Shown here: in pieces, positions 50,473 to 62,703 of the stretch
Position numbering within the stretch: position 1 is the stretch's first letter
Layout of the letters: the number at the start of each line of letters is the position of its first letter
Source of the DNA: Podarcis erhardii
Taxonomy: Eukaryota
NCBI GenBank assembly: GCA_964252035.1
Contig: OZ176210.1
DNA: 64,000 nucleotides
Reading direction: 5' to 3' (one strand)
The notes under the pieces: generated by a model
What the model saw: the letters and a program-made list of their open reading frames with translations, nothing else
Told to the model about the DNA's origin: nothing
The model's database searches: none
Program-made: the position numbers and the translations under genes

Positions 50473-50518
50473 CTTTCAGGGCCAAGAGATGCTCCTGCTT
50501 GGGCTGGGTAACATCCAT
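50473..50518 (-). CDS. TRAPPC13: TRAPPC13 exon 1 (coding part), probably shared with the SHLD3 transcript
   Basis: MDVTQPKQEHLLALK(V) versus human MEVNPPKQEHLLALKV; donor AAAG|gtaatc; 46 nt. All 13 exons sum to 1251 nt = 416 aa plus stop. Confidence 0.96.
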
Positions 50519-51078
50519 CGCCGCAGCCGCTCCCGGGCCTCTTCCTCCTTTACGGAATCAGCCGAGGCCACACTTCCTCCGGCCGCGAACAAGAGGTTCT
50601 CTCCCCGGCTTTGGCCCGCTTCCTTCTCCCAGCTGTGCTCCTCGCAATGCAAGTCGCCTCCGCAATCGCGCCAGAAACTACAATCCCCAGCGTGCTCTTT
50701 GGATCGTCCGCATCTCCATAGGCGCTTCTGCTTGCTTTTATTTCCTGCACCGTGGAAAAGGCGAGCTGTCAAAGTGATGCATGATGGGAGCTGTAGTTTT
50801 TTTTTTTAACGTCCCTCGGCGCCGCTATCATGGCGGCCAATGGCATAGTGGGAAACGGGGAGTGACAAGAAACGGACATGCGCAGTGCTTAGAAACCACA
50901 GACCGGGTTAAGATACGGGGAAAGCGACCTTGTTGTGTGTGTTTTGACGTTTGTCTCCTTTACCTACGGCTCTCTTTGGTGACGTAGGCGCGTAACCCCG
51001 CCCCGTCTCCAGGGGGACACTCCGCTGTGGGAGCGGCGAAGGCAGCTTCTTCTTGGTCTTTCTCCTTCCTTCTCCAAG

Positions 51079-51171
51079 ATGGCCGCGCTAGGTGTAAACA
51101 AGGTCGGGGCTAGTGCGGGGCTGGATGCCGGGAGCAGGCAGAGCCGGAGTCCGGCCGGGCCTGTGGTGAAG
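51079..51171 (+). CDS. TRIM23: TRIM23 exon 1
   Basis: MAALGVNKVGASAGLDAGSRQSRSPAGPVVK versus human MATLVVNKLGAGVDSGRQGSRGTAVVK; donor AAG|gtgagc. Confidence 0.93.
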
Positions 51172-51405
51172 GTGAGCAGAGGGAGCAGAGGGGAGGGGGG
51201 GCTTCCAAGCCGCCTTGGCCGAGCCCCCTCGTCCTTCGCTGTCTTGGGTGGGGGCGGGAGGAAAGAGAGAGAGGGGGGGGAGCCCCCGCCCCCTTTGGGC
51301 TCCCGGGCTGTAGCGCCTTCATCTCCTGCAAGAGCCTTCACGTTTTGCGGGTCGGTTCTCTCCGGTTGTGCCCATGTCGGGCAACCCTCGTGTGTATTTA
51401 CCCCG

Positions 51406-51648
51406 NNNNNNNNNNNNNNNNNNNNNNNNNNNNNNNNNNNNNNNNNNNNNNNNNNNNNNNNNNNNNNNNNNNNNNNNNNNNNNNNNNNNNNNNNNNNNNN
51501 NNNNNNNNNNNNNNNNNNNNNNNNNNNNNNNNNNNNNNNNNNNNNNNNNNNNNNNNNNNNNNNNNNNNNNNNNNNNNNNNNNNNNNNNNNNNNNNNNNNN
51601 NNNNNNNNNNNNNNNNNNNNNNNNNNNNNNNNNNNNNNNNNNNNNNNN
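51406..51648. other. Assembly gap (243 N) in TRIM23 intron 1
   Basis: Run of N. Confidence 1.
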
Positions 51649-52182
51649 GTTCTGTACTGTTTAAAGCAAGGGGGTGTCCAGAGCGATTTACCATGCGTGT
51701 CAGATAGGTTTGACAAATGAGGTGGGACAAGGTAGGGGGAATCTCACATGTAGGGTTCCAGCTTTTTTCTCCGGCAGGTTTCTAGCTTTTTGCATCTATT
51801 CAGTAGGCGGTAAATAAGCAAGTGGAACATCTTAGGACACTTAGGACATGAAGATGCAGCGGCGGCAAAGAAACAGAAAATGTAGGGTTGTGTGCAGCTA
51901 ATTTAGACCCATCTAAATTAATGGACATTACTAACTTTGATTTCCATGGGTCTGCTTTGAGTAGTTCTGCCTGTCATAGAGTTGGGGTATAAGGAAATGT
52001 TCCATTATAGATGGCAAGAATATAAAGGGGCAGAACAGATGAAGAGGCAAAACTGGTACACTGGGTTTCCCATGCATTTGGGAACTGTGCAAACATTTGT
52101 TACAGAACTGGAAACATATTAAGTATCGTAAACAATATGGACGTTGTATCTTGATAGCCTTCTGTCTTATTTTGAAAATATT

Positions 52183-52244
52183 GCAGGGGGTTGAACTAGA
52201 TGGTCCTCGTGGTCCCTTCCAGCTCTACAGTCCTATGATTCTAT
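52183..52244 (+). mobile_element. CR1 3' tip
   Basis: gcagggggttgaactagatggtcctcgtggtcccttccagctctacagtcctatgattctat. Confidence 0.75.
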
Positions 52245-53049
52245 AATTCTTTGATGCAAAAATGCATTATGTTCGTTCCACAAGAGTGTCTAGTGACCTT
52301 GGGTGGGTTATAATCATGAACATGAGATCCAGTTTGTGGCTATACATCGTTTTTATGTTCTACCATACAGAAAAATGTGCATAATGCAGATAGAAGTTAC
52401 CTTGAGCAATAGATACTTAATAATCCTGGTCCAAAATGTATGGTTTCACCCTAAGGGTCAGCCTGACAGCTGAGTTCACGAAAGTTACAAACCCACACAA
52501 ATGGGTTGTATTCCAGCTTGCCCACATCTATGTTAGTTACAGTGGTGGGTTTGTATTTGCTATTTTAATGCAGGTATTTTAAATTATGAATTGTTATATT
52601 ATTGATATATACTTGTTTAATTTGTAATTTTTGCATGCTGTCTTATTAAAAGTTTCTTTTTTAAAATTGGGATATAAATTTATTAAGTAAATAAATAAAT
52701 AAATTGGAATTTTTGCTGTTGTGGAATAAAAAATGTGATTTCTTATAAAGACCTTTGTTGGAAAATAGTTGTTACTTTCTTTGAAGTGCTATCTTAAGCT
52801 CAGTTACTTGAAAGGTTCTCCATCCTGTGTAGAAGTACAACTATACGGAGACTAATACCTATACCCTATACCTATACCCCTTACCTAGAAGTAAGCCCCA
52901 ATTCACTCAGTAGGACAGATGTGTGTAGTAAGGTCTAGGGAATACAACATACCAACCACTAAGGAAGTGCTTTGGGTCATGGACTACAGTTTTTAGGATC
53001 CACTAATTATCTGGTAGTTCTTAGTATATAGAGCTAACCTGAAACTTAA

Positions 53050-53300
53050 TCATAATGAGGTCTGACCTGAGAGACTGATGCGGCTGTCCTCATCCCCATC
53101 CATAGTGGCATCTGTTGGCTGCATCCAAATAAACATTGTTAACAATGAAGCTGGCTTATACCGAGTCAGAATATTGGTCTAAGTAAGTACTGTTGATGCT
53201 GACAGGCAGTGCCAGGACTTCCGGCACAAGTCCCAGGCCTACCTGGAGATACAAGGGATTGAACCCGGGACCTTTTTTGCTTGCTCTTTACCACTAACTT
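53050..53300 (-). mobile_element. tRNA-derived squamate SINE, degenerate
   Basis: ctacctggagatacaagggattgaacccgggacc...taccact is the complement of a tRNA head with B-box ggttcaatccc. Boundaries approximate. Confidence 0.6.
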
Positions 53301-53352
53301 TTAGCTCTTCCCTAGTGCTTAAAAACTGAACGTATTCCCTTGTAAATTATAG

Positions 53353-53515
53353 GTTCTGGAATGTGGAGTCTGTGAAGATGTATTTTCACTGCAAGGAGAC
53401 AAAGTTCCCAGACTGCTTTTGTGTGGTCATACAGTCTGTCATGACTGTCTCACTCGACTTCCTCTCCATGGCAGAGCAGTTCGGTGTCCTTTTGATCGGC
53501 AGGTTACTGAATTAG
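53353..53515 (+). CDS. TRIM23: TRIM23 exon 2 (RING)
   Basis: VLECGVCEDVFSLQGDKVPRLLLCGHTVCHDCLTRLPLHGRAVRCPFDRQVTEL(G); ttatag|GTT ... AG|gtaagc; 163 nt. Confidence 0.97.
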
Positions 53516-53540
53516 GTAAGCTGCTTATAAATTGTTGAAT

Positions 53541-53700
53541 TAAGAACATAAGAAAAGCCCTGTTGGGAAGACTAATGACCTGTGTAGGTCCACCATCCTG
53601 CTCTCAAATTGACTAACCAGATGCCTATGGGAGGCCCACAAGGAGGACACCAGTGCAGCAGCACTCTCCCCACTAGTATTAGTACTACCTCTCACGCTGG
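53541..53700 (-). mobile_element. CR1-type LINE 3' end fragment, about 25 nt downstream of the TRIM23 exon 2 donor
   Basis: taagaacataagaaaagccctg...ccatcctg...accagatgcctatggg, complement of the family seen at 37975-38136. Confidence 0.65.
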
Positions 53701-56700
53701 AGGTAGCAGTCATTTTATATAGGTTTGCCAAATGGGCAGGTACAACAGACACACTTAGAATATATCTGCATAGCTTGAATATACTGAGGCAAACCACCAC
53801 TTAAAAAACAAAACACTGACATTGGTTGCAAGGCAGTTCAGAAGTTTGACTTGTTCGCTTCAAAAGTTGCAGCAATGTGATGTGATGAAAAGAGCAATGT
53901 GCACTATGAAAACGTATGGAAGATTTAATGTTTTAGAGGAAGGATTGTTGGAAAAATGCTCTTGGGGAGACGGTGATCCCCCCCCCCCCAGGACCTCTGA
54001 GTGTCTCCCGGTAGGCACGTCTCTGGAATGGCATGTCCCTTCATCTCCAGAGTGCCTCTCTGTGACACTTTTCATATGAAAAGTACACACAAGTCTTCTA
54101 GCATCCTACAGCAAGAAGAAAGAAACATCCGTAGATCTAAACTACATTTTATTTACAGTCTATACAGACAATCCATAATCACGTCTGTGTTCTCCAAGCT
54201 CTGGCAGAACAACCTGTTGCATACTGCAAAAGTGAAGGTACAGTACAAAAACACGCTCAGATGGAAGAGATAAGACAGTCTTCCATTTCCACACTCTTCC
54301 CAGACATCTCATGCGATTTATACTAATCACACTAGCAGCATCGGCTGCATAAAATTCCCAACAAGGATAACCTCATTTGAACATAATAGATTATCCAACC
54401 TATAATGTATTGAACACATTGAAATATACCTTAAAGTAAAACAAATTTAGGATTTGCCTGTAAGAACATTTACTTTTGAGAAGCCTTGGTGGCTATGCAT
54501 GAAAGCAAAAGTCAAAATCCAAAATTTTCTGCATGAACAAGGGTCTCTTCTTGAACTAACAGTGAAGAAACATAGGTCTCTAGGAAGCTGCCTTACACCA
54601 TGTCAGGCTAGCAGTCCTTCTAGCTCAGTATTGTCAGCACTGACTCGGGTTTTGGACAGGGATCTTTCCTTACCTAGAGATGCCATTGAATCTACCATTG
54701 AACTATAGCACTTTATTGTAGCCCACTGTCGCCAAGTGTGCAACATCATTCACTCAGAACTATTTCAACTTTTTATTTTATTAAATATGGGTGGTAGTCA
54801 ACCAGTCATATTCAGAGTAGGCCCACTGAAATCTGTGGATTTAGTCATGACTAACTTAAGTCCATTGATTTCAGTGAGTCTGCTCTGATATTACTTTGTT
54901 TGATACCACCCTATATTTCTAATCTTGCTCGCATTATGGTAACATTGTAAACATTGCTTGTGAAGTTATCTCAGGACAGCTGTTTAGTGCTTAATGTCAT
55001 AAGACAATAAAAATGGTAGCAAGGTCAGACAGGTTGAGTCAAGCAAGGTTGTGTTTATAATGCAAAATAGGTCTATTATGTAGCATTAATTTGTATAATG
55101 CCATCTGTGTGCACGGAACTGCAAGGAGCAGCATAAGAAAAAGACATGTCCCTGCCCTGGGGAGGTTACAGTCTAAATTTGAGCTGTAGGGAGAGGTAAT
55201 AGGGCATAAATATGTATACTTAACGATTTGTTCTGGTTGAGCTGAGGGCTGTGAAAAGAGGGGGGGGGGGGTGATGAAGGATTTGAAGTAGGGAAGAGTG
55301 GCATCAGGTAGGGGGCAACACTGCAGAAAGAACTGAGCTGTTTAAGAGAGCAGACATTTCCTTTTAAACACAAATACTAGCTTCGTTTGTACAAGCCAAC
55401 TCAGATCCCTATTAAGTTATGGTGCAGTGACCCAAAACAAAACCTTTGAAGACAAAAGCACCCATCAAGGCACCATTAAATGTGCTTAATGAAACAGTAT
55501 GTGGCTCAGCCTTCATAAGCCTTACTCCTTGTAGTATCTTACAATTAAGCTGAACAACATGAATATGTTTGTGCCTCAGTCCTAGGGAGAAATCTGGGAA
55601 GAAATCTTTGCCACACCTTTCATTTTCTCTCCCCTACTCACCGCTCAAATATTGAGTGATTGGGAGAAAGCAATTTGCCGCTTTCCCCCTTTCCTGTTTG
55701 TAGAACTTGTAGGAATTCCTTCCATGATTTTTCAGTCTTCACTTTGCATTCACCCCCTTCCAAAGGATACACAGTTCAGTTATTTGAAATAGGATTTGAC
55801 TTTCTGCGAATGGTTACACATTCTCATCAACAGCACTAGGGGACCTTCATCATGGAGGTGCATTAAATTGTTTATTCACTTTTTGCCAATCGCTGTAAAG
55901 AGACTGCTAGTAACCTCTCAGAATTTTCCTCCTTTCGGTGGTGGGGGAGTTTGGAAAGGGGCTGAAAAGCTAAGCTATGGAAGAGAGAACAGCCTGGGCA
56001 GAACAGAAATTAAAATAAACACAAGACCCAGTATGCACGTGATTAACACTAAATTAGCACCGCTACTCAATAATCCTCCCCGCACCCCTTTTTGTACTTG
56101 TGTGCCAGACAATCACACCTATCCTTTTTGAGTTTTGGTCTGGTTTCTTGGGCAGGAGAACTCTTCTTAATGTCTGTTGCTGAAAAGTATGTGTTCTAGC
56201 TCTGATATCCTCAGTCACTGATGAATCAAAGAGGAATGTTTGCCCATTTCGTGACTGGTGTACTGTAATCAATGGGCTCAGTATTCACTCCATGATTGCC
56301 CACATAATGCAGTCTTGTTTCTGATATGCAGGCTCCCTGCTATTCAAGCTTCATGCCTTTTCTAAGGAAAGGCTGCCAAAATCTGTAGGTTTGTTGTTGT
56401 TTAGAATGTTCCATAGATTTCATGCAATAGGCATATCTATAAAATTATGTAACCTGCACATATAGTGAGGAACCTGGCAGTTAGCACTTTGAATAGTTCC
56501 TACATTAGCTGAAATAAATTTGGACAGGCTTAATCAAAACCACCATTTGTTTTGAAGTACTGTACTGGAATCCATCCATGAAAATATATACATGTGAAAA
56601 GATAGAAACCCCAGCTGTCCATGAAGTATTTATCCTAACCTCTACCAATATATGGGTGGGTTAATTAAAAATTGAAGCCAACAGAGATAGAAGCAATTTG

Positions 56701-57151
56701 TAGTGGGTCAGTACAAATTCAGTAGCACTAACATATTTAAAGGCTTGCTGTTAAAAATGAATAGCACAATTCAGCCCAATACCCACATTTTGTGCCCTGT
56801 TGAGTTCTTCAGTGTGTCCCATTAAAATGAATGAGACCTAAGTTATTAACTTTAGACCACACAAAGGCTTCAGATTAAAGATTGATGAGTAAAAGGAAAA
56901 ATATATTAGTGTTAATCTATGAAGTCTTCTGAAAGCAGAAAACTTCTCACACTGATGTTCCACAACCAAACATGGGGTTACAGTAGGTGAAATATAGTAA
57001 ATAAGGAAGATCCAGCATATAGTTTATAAAATCTAATGGACCATAAGATCTTGAGAGAGAGCTCATGCAAACTGAAAAACTTTTCTGGCTATGGAATCAC
57101 TTTTCAAAAGAATATTGTTTTTGCTGACTTTATTTTTTCCCTCCAAAACAG

Positions 57152-57273
57152 GAGATTCTGGTGTCTGGGGTTTGAAAAAAAACTTTGCTTTGTTGGAACT
57201 CCTGGAACGACTTCAAAATGGGCTTGGTGGTCAGTGTGGGACAACTGAAGAAGCCATTGGCCTCTCTGGAGAG
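57152..57273 (+). CDS. TRIM23: TRIM23 exon 3
   Basis: DSGVWGLKKNFALLELLERLQNGLGGQCGTTEEAIGLSGE; aaacag|GA ... GAG|gtagta; 122 nt. Confidence 0.96.
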
Positions 57274-58205
57274 GTAGTAGTAATCAATTTTGTATTTCAT
57301 TTTGTGTCACTTTCAGAGTAGTGTTCCCAATCACTTTTTTATATTTCAGTTTGATTGTCCTTTTCAGATGTCATAAATGTTTGATTTTAATTAAGTGATT
57401 TCAACATTACTACATTAACAACTAAAAGACCTGGACCTAAATTACATGTTCAGGAGTATCGAGTGGTACAGATTCTCCTGGACTATATAATTTCAGATTT
57501 GTACCTGCACTCTCAATCAGAACTGTCAATGACGAGAACCTGCTCGCCATCAGTAATAATCAGTCTCACACAAAGATGGGTTGAAGAAATCTGACTGCCT
57601 CAGGAGCTGCTGCAGCCAAACATTTATTGTGTGTAGCCAAAAAGATACAAATACCAAAAAGCAACTTTTCCCTCAGCTGGCAGATAAGGACAATGCCATG
57701 CCATCACACCAGGCCACGTAGTCGATCAGGCTATGCTACGTGGACCAATCATCGGAAGAGCATGAGCTGTCCACGCGTTGTTCATGCTCCAAGCGATGCC
57801 TTCTGCTATGAAATCACCTTGCAATAATAAACTTTTGCCCATGCTCTTATGTACAAACAACCATTTTCCCACATGTCAAGTAACGGCTGTTCTATTCAAT
57901 ATTTCTGACTATATAGTAGTTTCTAGAAAGTATATGCTAGTTCCCTAGAGCAGGTATCTATAAAATTTTGTTTCATCGATTGGGCGATAATTGGGCAAGC
58001 ATTGGGATTTTGATTTGTAGCCATAATAAGCTTCCAGCACTTTTATTCACCAAGGTGTTTGAAAAGATTTTACTGATTTAATTGTGTGCATTTTAGTCTG
58101 TTTTTCTTGTTAATGCTGTACAATGCCTTGGAATCTAATATTAAAAACATTTTTATGCGGCCAGTTACCATGAGTAAATAATGTTCTAGTTTTTCTTTTT
58201 GTTAG

Positions 58206-58484
58206 TGCATTGTCCGCTGTGATGAAGATGAAACGCATCTTGCTTCAGTATACTGCACTGTTTGTGCCACTCACCTGTGTGCAGAGTGTTCCCAACTCAC
58301 ACATTCCACGAAGACACTTGCAAAACACAGACGTGTGCCCCTTGCTGATAAACCTCATGAGAAGACCATGTGCTCTCAGCACCAAGTGCATGCTATTGAA
58401 TTTGTGTGCCTGGAAGAAGGGTGTCAAGCCAGTCCTCTCATGTGTTGTGTCTGCAAAGAATATGGAAAGCATCAGGGTCATAAA
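58206..58484 (+). CDS. TRIM23: TRIM23 exon 4 (B-boxes)
   Basis: CIVRCDEDETHLASVYCTVCATHLCAECSQLTHSTKTLAKHRRVPLADKPHEKTMCSQHQVHAIEFVCLEEGCQASPLMCCVCKEYGKHQGHK; tgttag|TGC ... AAA|gtaggt; 279 nt. Confidence 0.96.
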
Positions 58485-59052
58485 GTAGGTTGTGTCAATT
58501 CTTTATTGTCCATCTATGTCATTGTTAATATGAAAAGGAGAGTTTGTGTTGGGTTTTTTGCCCATTTGACAAACCATCAGACTATATTTTGTTCCCTCTC
58601 CTATTCTTTACATTACTTATTTAATAAAGGCAATGTTCCAGGGTATCATTAAGCTATCACTAAAGCTGCTTTCCTGCTGTCACCTAGTAGGGCTGCTAGA
58701 CAATTTTGTGTTCGTATATTGATGTATAATACTGTCCAGCTAATGCTTATATTTAATTTTCCATCTCTTTTGAAACATAACTAGTCTTTACATACTTCTT
58801 GTTAAATAATAATAAAGTTTTTTAAATCTTACTATGATAAATTAAAGATCACTGCTTTTGAAAGATGATTCATGCAAAGGAGCATGCAAAGACTAGTTAC
58901 CTTGTGCGCCTACATTTCTGCGCTAAGCACCTGAGGCAGAATGTCCAAAGTTTTGCTCTTTTTTCTCTCTCATACTGTGTGGGGGCAGAATTTGTAGATG
59001 GGAAGAATTTGGAAATGGGTGTTCAGATTTACTTTTGATGCTTTCCCCTTAG

Positions 59053-59235
59053 CACAGTGTTTTGGAACCAGAAGCAAACCAGATCCGTGCTTCCATTTTA
59101 GACATGGCTCACTGTATAAGAACTTTCACAGAAGAAATATCAGATTATTCTCGGAAACTAGTTGGAATAGTTCAGCAGATAGAAGGAGGAGAACAGATAA
59201 TTGAAGATGGAATTGGAATGGCTCATACAGAACAT
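59053..59235 (+). CDS. TRIM23: TRIM23 exon 5
   Basis: HSVLEPEANQIRASILDMAHCIRTFTEEISDYSRKLVGIVQQIEGGEQIIEDGIGMAHTEH; ccttag|CAC ... CAT|gtaagc; 183 nt. Confidence 0.97.
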
Positions 59236-60881
59236 GTAAGCAAGCTTGTCATTTCCTTAACCTGCATGTAATCTTCATTATTATATCTCCCCACCCCTTT
59301 ACACTTTTTAAATGAAGCAGTATGCCACGTTATCCAGTATTAACATGACTCACAAAAGCTTTTTCAAGGCCACTTATCAAAAGTAAGTTGGTATGGGCAA
59401 GGGTAGAGGACCTTCTGGAAGGAGAAGATAGAGCCAAGAAGTCTGTTCTGTTAACTCACCAGTGGTAATGGACTATTTTGCAAAGCTGTTTTTCAGAAGA
59501 AAGAAGCCATGAAGAAGCAGAAATGATTGATTTTGGAATAATTATAGAGATGATAATGAAAAATACAGCTAGGATACAAAGTGCATGCCTAAGACTTACC
59601 TAGTAGGATTTTTATTTACTGTATTGCCATATCACTAAATGATTTGGAAAGTATTTCATTTTCAAAAATGGCTTACTATGTAGCATGGCAGGTAGCTACT
59701 GGTGAAATACAAATCTGATATTTCCTGGACACGTGGAACTTAGGTTTGTGGGGGGGGGGGTTATTCCAGTCTGTGTTTCTATTTCTTTTCAGAATCTCCT
59801 AATGCTGTTCCTAGCTGATTTGACTAGGACACCAACCTTAGTATTATGCAGAAATAGCAGTGTTGATTATATAAGGTTTTCTGTGGAAACATCATGAATT
59901 AGATTAGCTTGCATATTTCATCTGTTAGTGATCAGGCTAATTTGAATGAAGATACATATTAGAATATACCTAGTATTTTTGTTACACTTTGTTTTAGATG
60001 TAGCAATTTGTGTGTGGTACATAATTCTGTACTCTAGAGCTACAATTTTGGCCCTCAGTTACCTCTAATTTGTGAATTTCACTTCTAAAAGCAATGAGTT
60101 AATAGGTTTACAGTATTTTGCTAAGGCACTTGGCAAAAGTTTATTCAAAGGATAGATACTACTAGGAAAGTGGAAGTGTTAGATAGATACTACTAGGAAA
60201 GTGGAAGAGTAGTTCTAACAGTGAGCTGTTAATATATATTATGGAGTACTGTGCCTCTTCTAGCTGGGTTAATTCAGAATAGGGAGTCACCACTTCCAAC
60301 TCACAGGAGAGCCAACAGAGATCATGAGATTTGAAAACATAAAATATTTTGGCAATACTTTAACATTCATTTTTTTAATATTATTTTATTAATTTCCCAA
60401 AAACAACAAAAAATAAAAACAACAATACATATTCGAACATTAAAAAAAGAGTTGACTTCCCCCTATTCCCTTCCCTAGTTCCATTGTTTATCATCATACC
60501 ACATGTCCATTTTAAATTGTAAAATCATTAAAATTACTTATTGCCCAGTCATAATGTCTTTACAAGTATTTTTAAAATCTTGCTAATGTATTAACCTGTG
60601 TACATTGCTTCTGTATGTATGCAATAAAGTCCTTCTAATCTTATAGTACTCCTTTAATATTCAAAACACACTGACATTCTTCTTCTAGCTTTCCTCACAA
60701 TAATGGAGGCTGGTAGCATTTTAAAAATGAACACTAATTTCTGCAGAGATATGTCTTATGTTAAGCTGTCTACTGGAAATTTGTGTGCCAGCCCATTGCA
60801 ATGGAGAAGGATATTAAAGCTCTGTCTTAAAGAGGTCTGCAACAACGTAATGTCTGTCTCCTTGATTTCATAACCACCCAG

Positions 60882-61097
60882 GTCCCAGGTACTGCAGAGA
60901 ATGCTCGTTCATGTGTGCGAGCCTATTTTTCTGATCTTCATGAAACCCTCTGCCGCCAAGAAGAAATGGCACTTAGTGTGGTTGATGCCCATGTGCGGGA
61001 GAAATTGATCTGGCTTAGGCAACAGCAAGAAGATATGACTATTCTCTTGTCCCAGGTTTCAACAGCTTGCCTTCACTGTGAAAAGACATTGCAGCAG
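60882..61097 (+). CDS. TRIM23: TRIM23 exon 6 (coiled coil)
   Basis: VPGTAENARSCVRAYFSDLHETLCRQEEMALSVVDAHVREKLIWLRQQQEDMTILLSQVSTACLHCEKTLQQ; acccag|GTC ... CAG|gtgaag; 216 nt. Confidence 0.97.
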
Positions 61098-61502
61098 GTG
61101 AAGTATCCATATAGTGGCCCTCTTCCATATATATGTACTTTAGGTTGCTGTCTAAGGTTGACAGTGTCAGGTGGTTTATAAATAATTTGTAAAAGTTTCT
61201 CTGTTAGGTGAGTCCCTTGTGGGAGGGAGAAGTATTGGATAACAAAATAATTATTGTTGGGAAAATACTGTGTTAGGGATTTGCTTTTATTGGGTTAATT
61301 GTATGTGTAAGCTTAGTTATTCTAAAATTCTGCTTCTACAAATGGTGATTTGGGACACAGCAGTAGTTTGTAAAAGTTTCTCTGTTGGGTGAGTGCCTTG
61401 TGGGAGGGAGAAGTATTGGATAACAAAAGCGAGGAGATGGGAGGCAAAAGTGCTGTAGCATCTGAGTCAAAGGATAGGTTTGAAATATAAAAGTTTAACG
61501 TA

Positions 61503-62089
61503 CCGTATTTTTCGCTCTATAGGGCGCACTATTCTTCTAGCTTTCCTCACAATAATGGAGGCTGGTAACATTTTAAAAACGAACACTACTTTCTCCAGAG
61601 CTATGTCTTATGTTAAGCAGTCTACAGTCTATAGGGCGCACCTAGTTTTTAGGGGGGGGGGAAATAAAGGGTAAATTATTTTCCCCCCAAGCCCCAAACA
61701 GCTCCCCAGAGCTTGCGGGGCTGGGGCTGGGGAAGCCCGAGCTTCCCCAGACCCCGGCCCCCAGAACAGGTCCAGGAGAGGCGGCGCGATTGTGCACAAC
61801 CTTGCCACCGCTCCCGGAGCTTGCGGGGCTGGGGACGGGGGCTTCCCTTGACCCCAGCCCCCAGAACAGGCTATCCGAAAGCCTTCTGAGCCCGGGGGGA
61901 ACTCCCGCCGGGCTTAGAAGGCTTGCGGATAGCTGCCTGAAGCCTGGAGAGCGAGAGGGGTCGGTGTGCACCGACCCCTCTCCCTCTCCAGGCTTCAGCG
62001 AAAGCTTGCATTCACTTCATAGGACGCACACACATTTCCCCTTCATTTTTGGAGGGGAAAGAGTGCGTCCTATAGAGCGAAAAATGCGG
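61503..62089. mobile_element. Tc1/mariner-superfamily (Tc2/pogo-like) MITE, 587 bp, with inserted host sequence
   Basis: TA|ccgtatttttcgctctatagggcgcac ... gtgcgtcctatagagcgaaaaatgcgg|TA (2 mismatches in 27 bp); GC-rich internal repeats. Confidence 0.88.
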
Positions 62090-62703
62090 TAGTTGGTGAT
62101 GCCTTTTTCTAGTGAAACGTTTGGGATCCACACTTTGGAGAAGTAGCTAGTTGTATAGAAATTAATGTAGAAACCTATTAGGCTTGGCCTTAAAGAGACA
62201 AAATACTGTAGGGGCAATGTTCTTACATAGTCACTTGAGCATTAAAATAAAGGTGTTCAGCTGCCTCTTGTGTACCAAACAAAATAAAACAAGAAAAGGA
62301 GCAATTGTGTGTGTTGATAGTAGCACCCATTTTTAATCCTAATTAGATTCTTTTTCCTTTCAAGTCTTTATATTTGCCAGTGTTGTTTCAGTTGAATAAT
62401 ACAGTAGCTTTCTTGTCTTGGTTCCTGTGTAGTGTTACTGTGTTTTCCTTAAGACAAACAAAAGCTTCTGTGAACAGCATGCATTCCTGTCTTCCATTTC
62501 TCCATTGTTGATGTATCATGAAACAATTTATTTCAGTTATAGTAGAGTTTTAAATCTGCTTGAGTTAAAGTTCAATTTTAAATTTAGTAAAAAATGTAAC
62601 TTTCTTTTTGGTAGACGTAACTTCTTGCTCAGCTGGATTTTGAGAAGGAAAACACATAGGTGGTACTGCATTCATTGTATTAAATTTAGCTTCCTTTTTA
62701 AAG

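Larger units (their letters stand above)
50300..51405. promoter_or_regulatory. CpG island, bidirectional TRAPPC13/SHLD3-TRIM23 promoter
   Basis: CpG-rich, with the divergent ATGs only 560 nt apart. ZNF143-like ACTACAATCCCCAGC at 50677-50691, ATGGCGGC+CCAAT near 50830, NRF1-like CATGCGCA near 50877, TGACGT and GC box near 50980-51005, YY1-like CAAGATGGCCGC over the TRIM23 ATG. Confidence 0.85.

Noticed and set aside
50306-51730. Long ORFs of 98-250 aa around the TRAPPC13/TRIM23 promoter
   Set aside because: CpG-island composition, and several are artificially extended through the N gap. Only the short first exons are supported by homology and splice sites.
61642-62092. 100-109 aa Pro/Gly/Ser-rich ORFs
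   Set aside because: GC-rich internal repeats of the MITE; no transposase motif.
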